Assembly (NCBI RefSeq): GCF_006345805.1
Contig: NW_021832226.1
Span: forward strand, 372,001-436,000
Reading direction: 5' to 3'
Origin: Octopus sinensis
Taxonomy: Eukaryota
Length of the DNA: 64,000 bases
The notes below the pieces were generated by a model. The model was not told the DNA's origin, did no database searches, and saw only the letters and a list, made by a program, of their open reading frames with translations. Numbering within the stretch: the stretch's first letter is position 1; each line of letters begins with the position of its first letter. Shown here in pieces: positions 62,374 through 64,000 of this stretch. The position numbers were made by a program, and so were the translations under genes.

Positions 62374-63814
62374 GTGTATGAAATTTTTTATTGTGTACGG
62401 ATGGTTAGTTTACAAAATGGAATAACCATATCTATGGACGCATCTACTCAAAATAATAGTGAAAATTGTAATGGAAGAGTGGATTTAAATGTTCATGGTC
62501 GTCCTTATTCCTCCGGAAATTCACTCACTGGACCTCCCCAGCAGATATCGACAAGTCTGCTACCTCTGAAAGCTTTGTGTGACTCTGTCAACTCTTCGAA
62601 TCCTGGAGAATGGATGACTCAGCTCTTCGGGCTCGTCAAAGATCGGTTTAAGCGGATGCCTAGAGGAGGATGGCCTTTGACTGTGGATTACTTCAATCTG
62701 AAGTTTGGGAAGAAGAAATCAATATCTGAACTAAAGAGGCTTATTGCTTTATTTAGAAATAATGCTTCAGTAAGAGATAACGCTAGGAATGATGCCTCCA
62801 GCAACGATAAAGGTGGTACAAATTTAACCTTATATACTAAATGCTATGAAGAATTGTTGAGTCAGATAGAAGAAAATAGTTCACTACCTTTTGAAGAAAG
62901 AATGCCTACTCCGAAAGTCCCTGCTCAATATATTAATCATCTGGTTATCGATTTGATTAACAGGGCTTTGATCCAATATACATCAGATAATCCTCCAAAA
63001 TCGATTAATGACATTTCTACTTTGATATATTCCTCACAATGTACTTATCATCGAATTACAATGAAAGAATTTTCACCATCAAACTGGGTGGACAATGTGA
63101 AAAGGAAGATTGAGTCTTTAACTGAAAATGAGTCTATCATTACAAAGTTTTTTACCTCAGCAGTAAGTGATGAGGAGAAGAAGAAAGCAACGGATATTCT
63201 TTGCTCTTTTAATTATAAAAAATTGAAAAGTGGTGAATTTGAAAGAATTTCGACAGCCATAAATGATAAAATTAAAAATCTCAATAAGAAAGTGAATATT
63301 TCTGATTCAAGAAGACAGTTCAGGAAGGATAACAGAAATTTTGAGTTGTATAGAAAATCCTTTTATAGAAGACTCAATTCTACCATCCAACATAATGTCT
63401 TGACACTGACCGTTGCTTGAAGTTTTGGACTAATGTATGGAAAAAAAGAGATATAAGTGAGTATCAATTGGGTGTGAATAGAAGAGTCACTGGTGCCGAA
63501 TATCTCGAACCTGATGTTAATGACACCTCAATTTTAAAGATCATCGAATTTCTCTCCAACTGGAAAGCTCCTGGCTGCGATGGAGTTTACAACTTCTTCA
63601 TCAAAAAATTGGACTCCCTGCATAAGTTTCTATTTGATGAGATCAGAAATATCATTATTGGAAGCAGTCAACCCCAGAGTTGGTTTTATACCGGAATAAC
63701 TTATCTTATTCCGAAAAAGGATAATTCCACTGAAGCCAGTGATTTCAGACCAATTACCTGTATGCCGTGCCTTTATAAACTCGTCACAAAGTGTGTAAAT
63801 GAGAAATTGCTGTA
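62374..63814 (+). mobile_element. R4/Dong-like retrotransposon, 5' part (N-terminal region and start of RT), truncated by an insertion
   Basis: NWKAPGCDGVYNFFIKK, TGITYLIPK, DFRPITCMPCLYKLVT. Frameshift near 63400. Confidence 0.85.
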
Positions 63815-64000
63815 CAGTCCGACCCCAAAATGGGCAGACCCCAGGGGTGGGGCACCCTCGGATTTTGGGGCACCCCCGCAATTTGGGGCACTTTATTCAA
63901 AAGTACATTTTGGCAGAAAAAAAATAAAAATCGATAAAAAATTATGGAATTTTTGGGGCACCATAAAATCATTTATAAGGAATTAAATAAAATTATAATA
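63815..64000. mobile_element. Left end of a TA-inserted DNA transposon (Tc1/pogo-like)
   Basis: TA|cagtccgaccccaaaatggg interrupts the RT frame; four tggggcac subterminal repeats. Confidence 0.6.

Noticed and set aside
1-64000. CRISPR arrays, tRNA, rRNA or snRNA genes
   Set aside because: No repeat-spacer array, cloverleaf or A/B-box pair, or recognisable rRNA/snRNA segment was seen. A covariance-model scan would be needed to exclude divergent RNAs.

Overview
Eukaryotic (animal) genomic DNA, AT-rich, with tiny GT-AG introns. Most introns I could read are 21-37 nt, and the innexin is of bilaterian/spiralian type. Together these fit a dicyemid mesozoan best (inference, not proven). The window has two parts. 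(1) About 2.3-17.2 kb is a gene-dense, visibly GC-richer island with ERO1, acetyl-CoA synthetase and a full-length beta-spectrin. (2) About 17.2-64 kb is an AT-rich, transposon-dense region with isolated AT-rich genes that the ORF track mostly misses because the tiny introns break them up: a micro-exon mucin-like membrane protein, SPRING1/C12orf49, a DnaJ-B, TENT4/PAPD5, an innexin, a tetraspanin and KICS2/C12orf66. Mobile DNA includes five TGT...ACA elements with 5-bp TSDs: four Ginger2/Tdd-like elements with intron-containing integrase remnants, two of them carrying TTAGGG-like arrays, plus a 40-bp mini-element. There is also a near-intact SPIN-like hAT, pogo/Tigger, Merlin and Tc1/IS630 elements, Helitron-like ends, and CRE-, R4-, RTE- and Jockey-like LINE fragments. 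The most striking observation is a gene made of consecutive symmetric 24-30 nt micro-exons. All gene models were spliced by hand from the sequence, and family assignments come from remembered motifs, not database searches. Boundaries of decayed elements are approximate.
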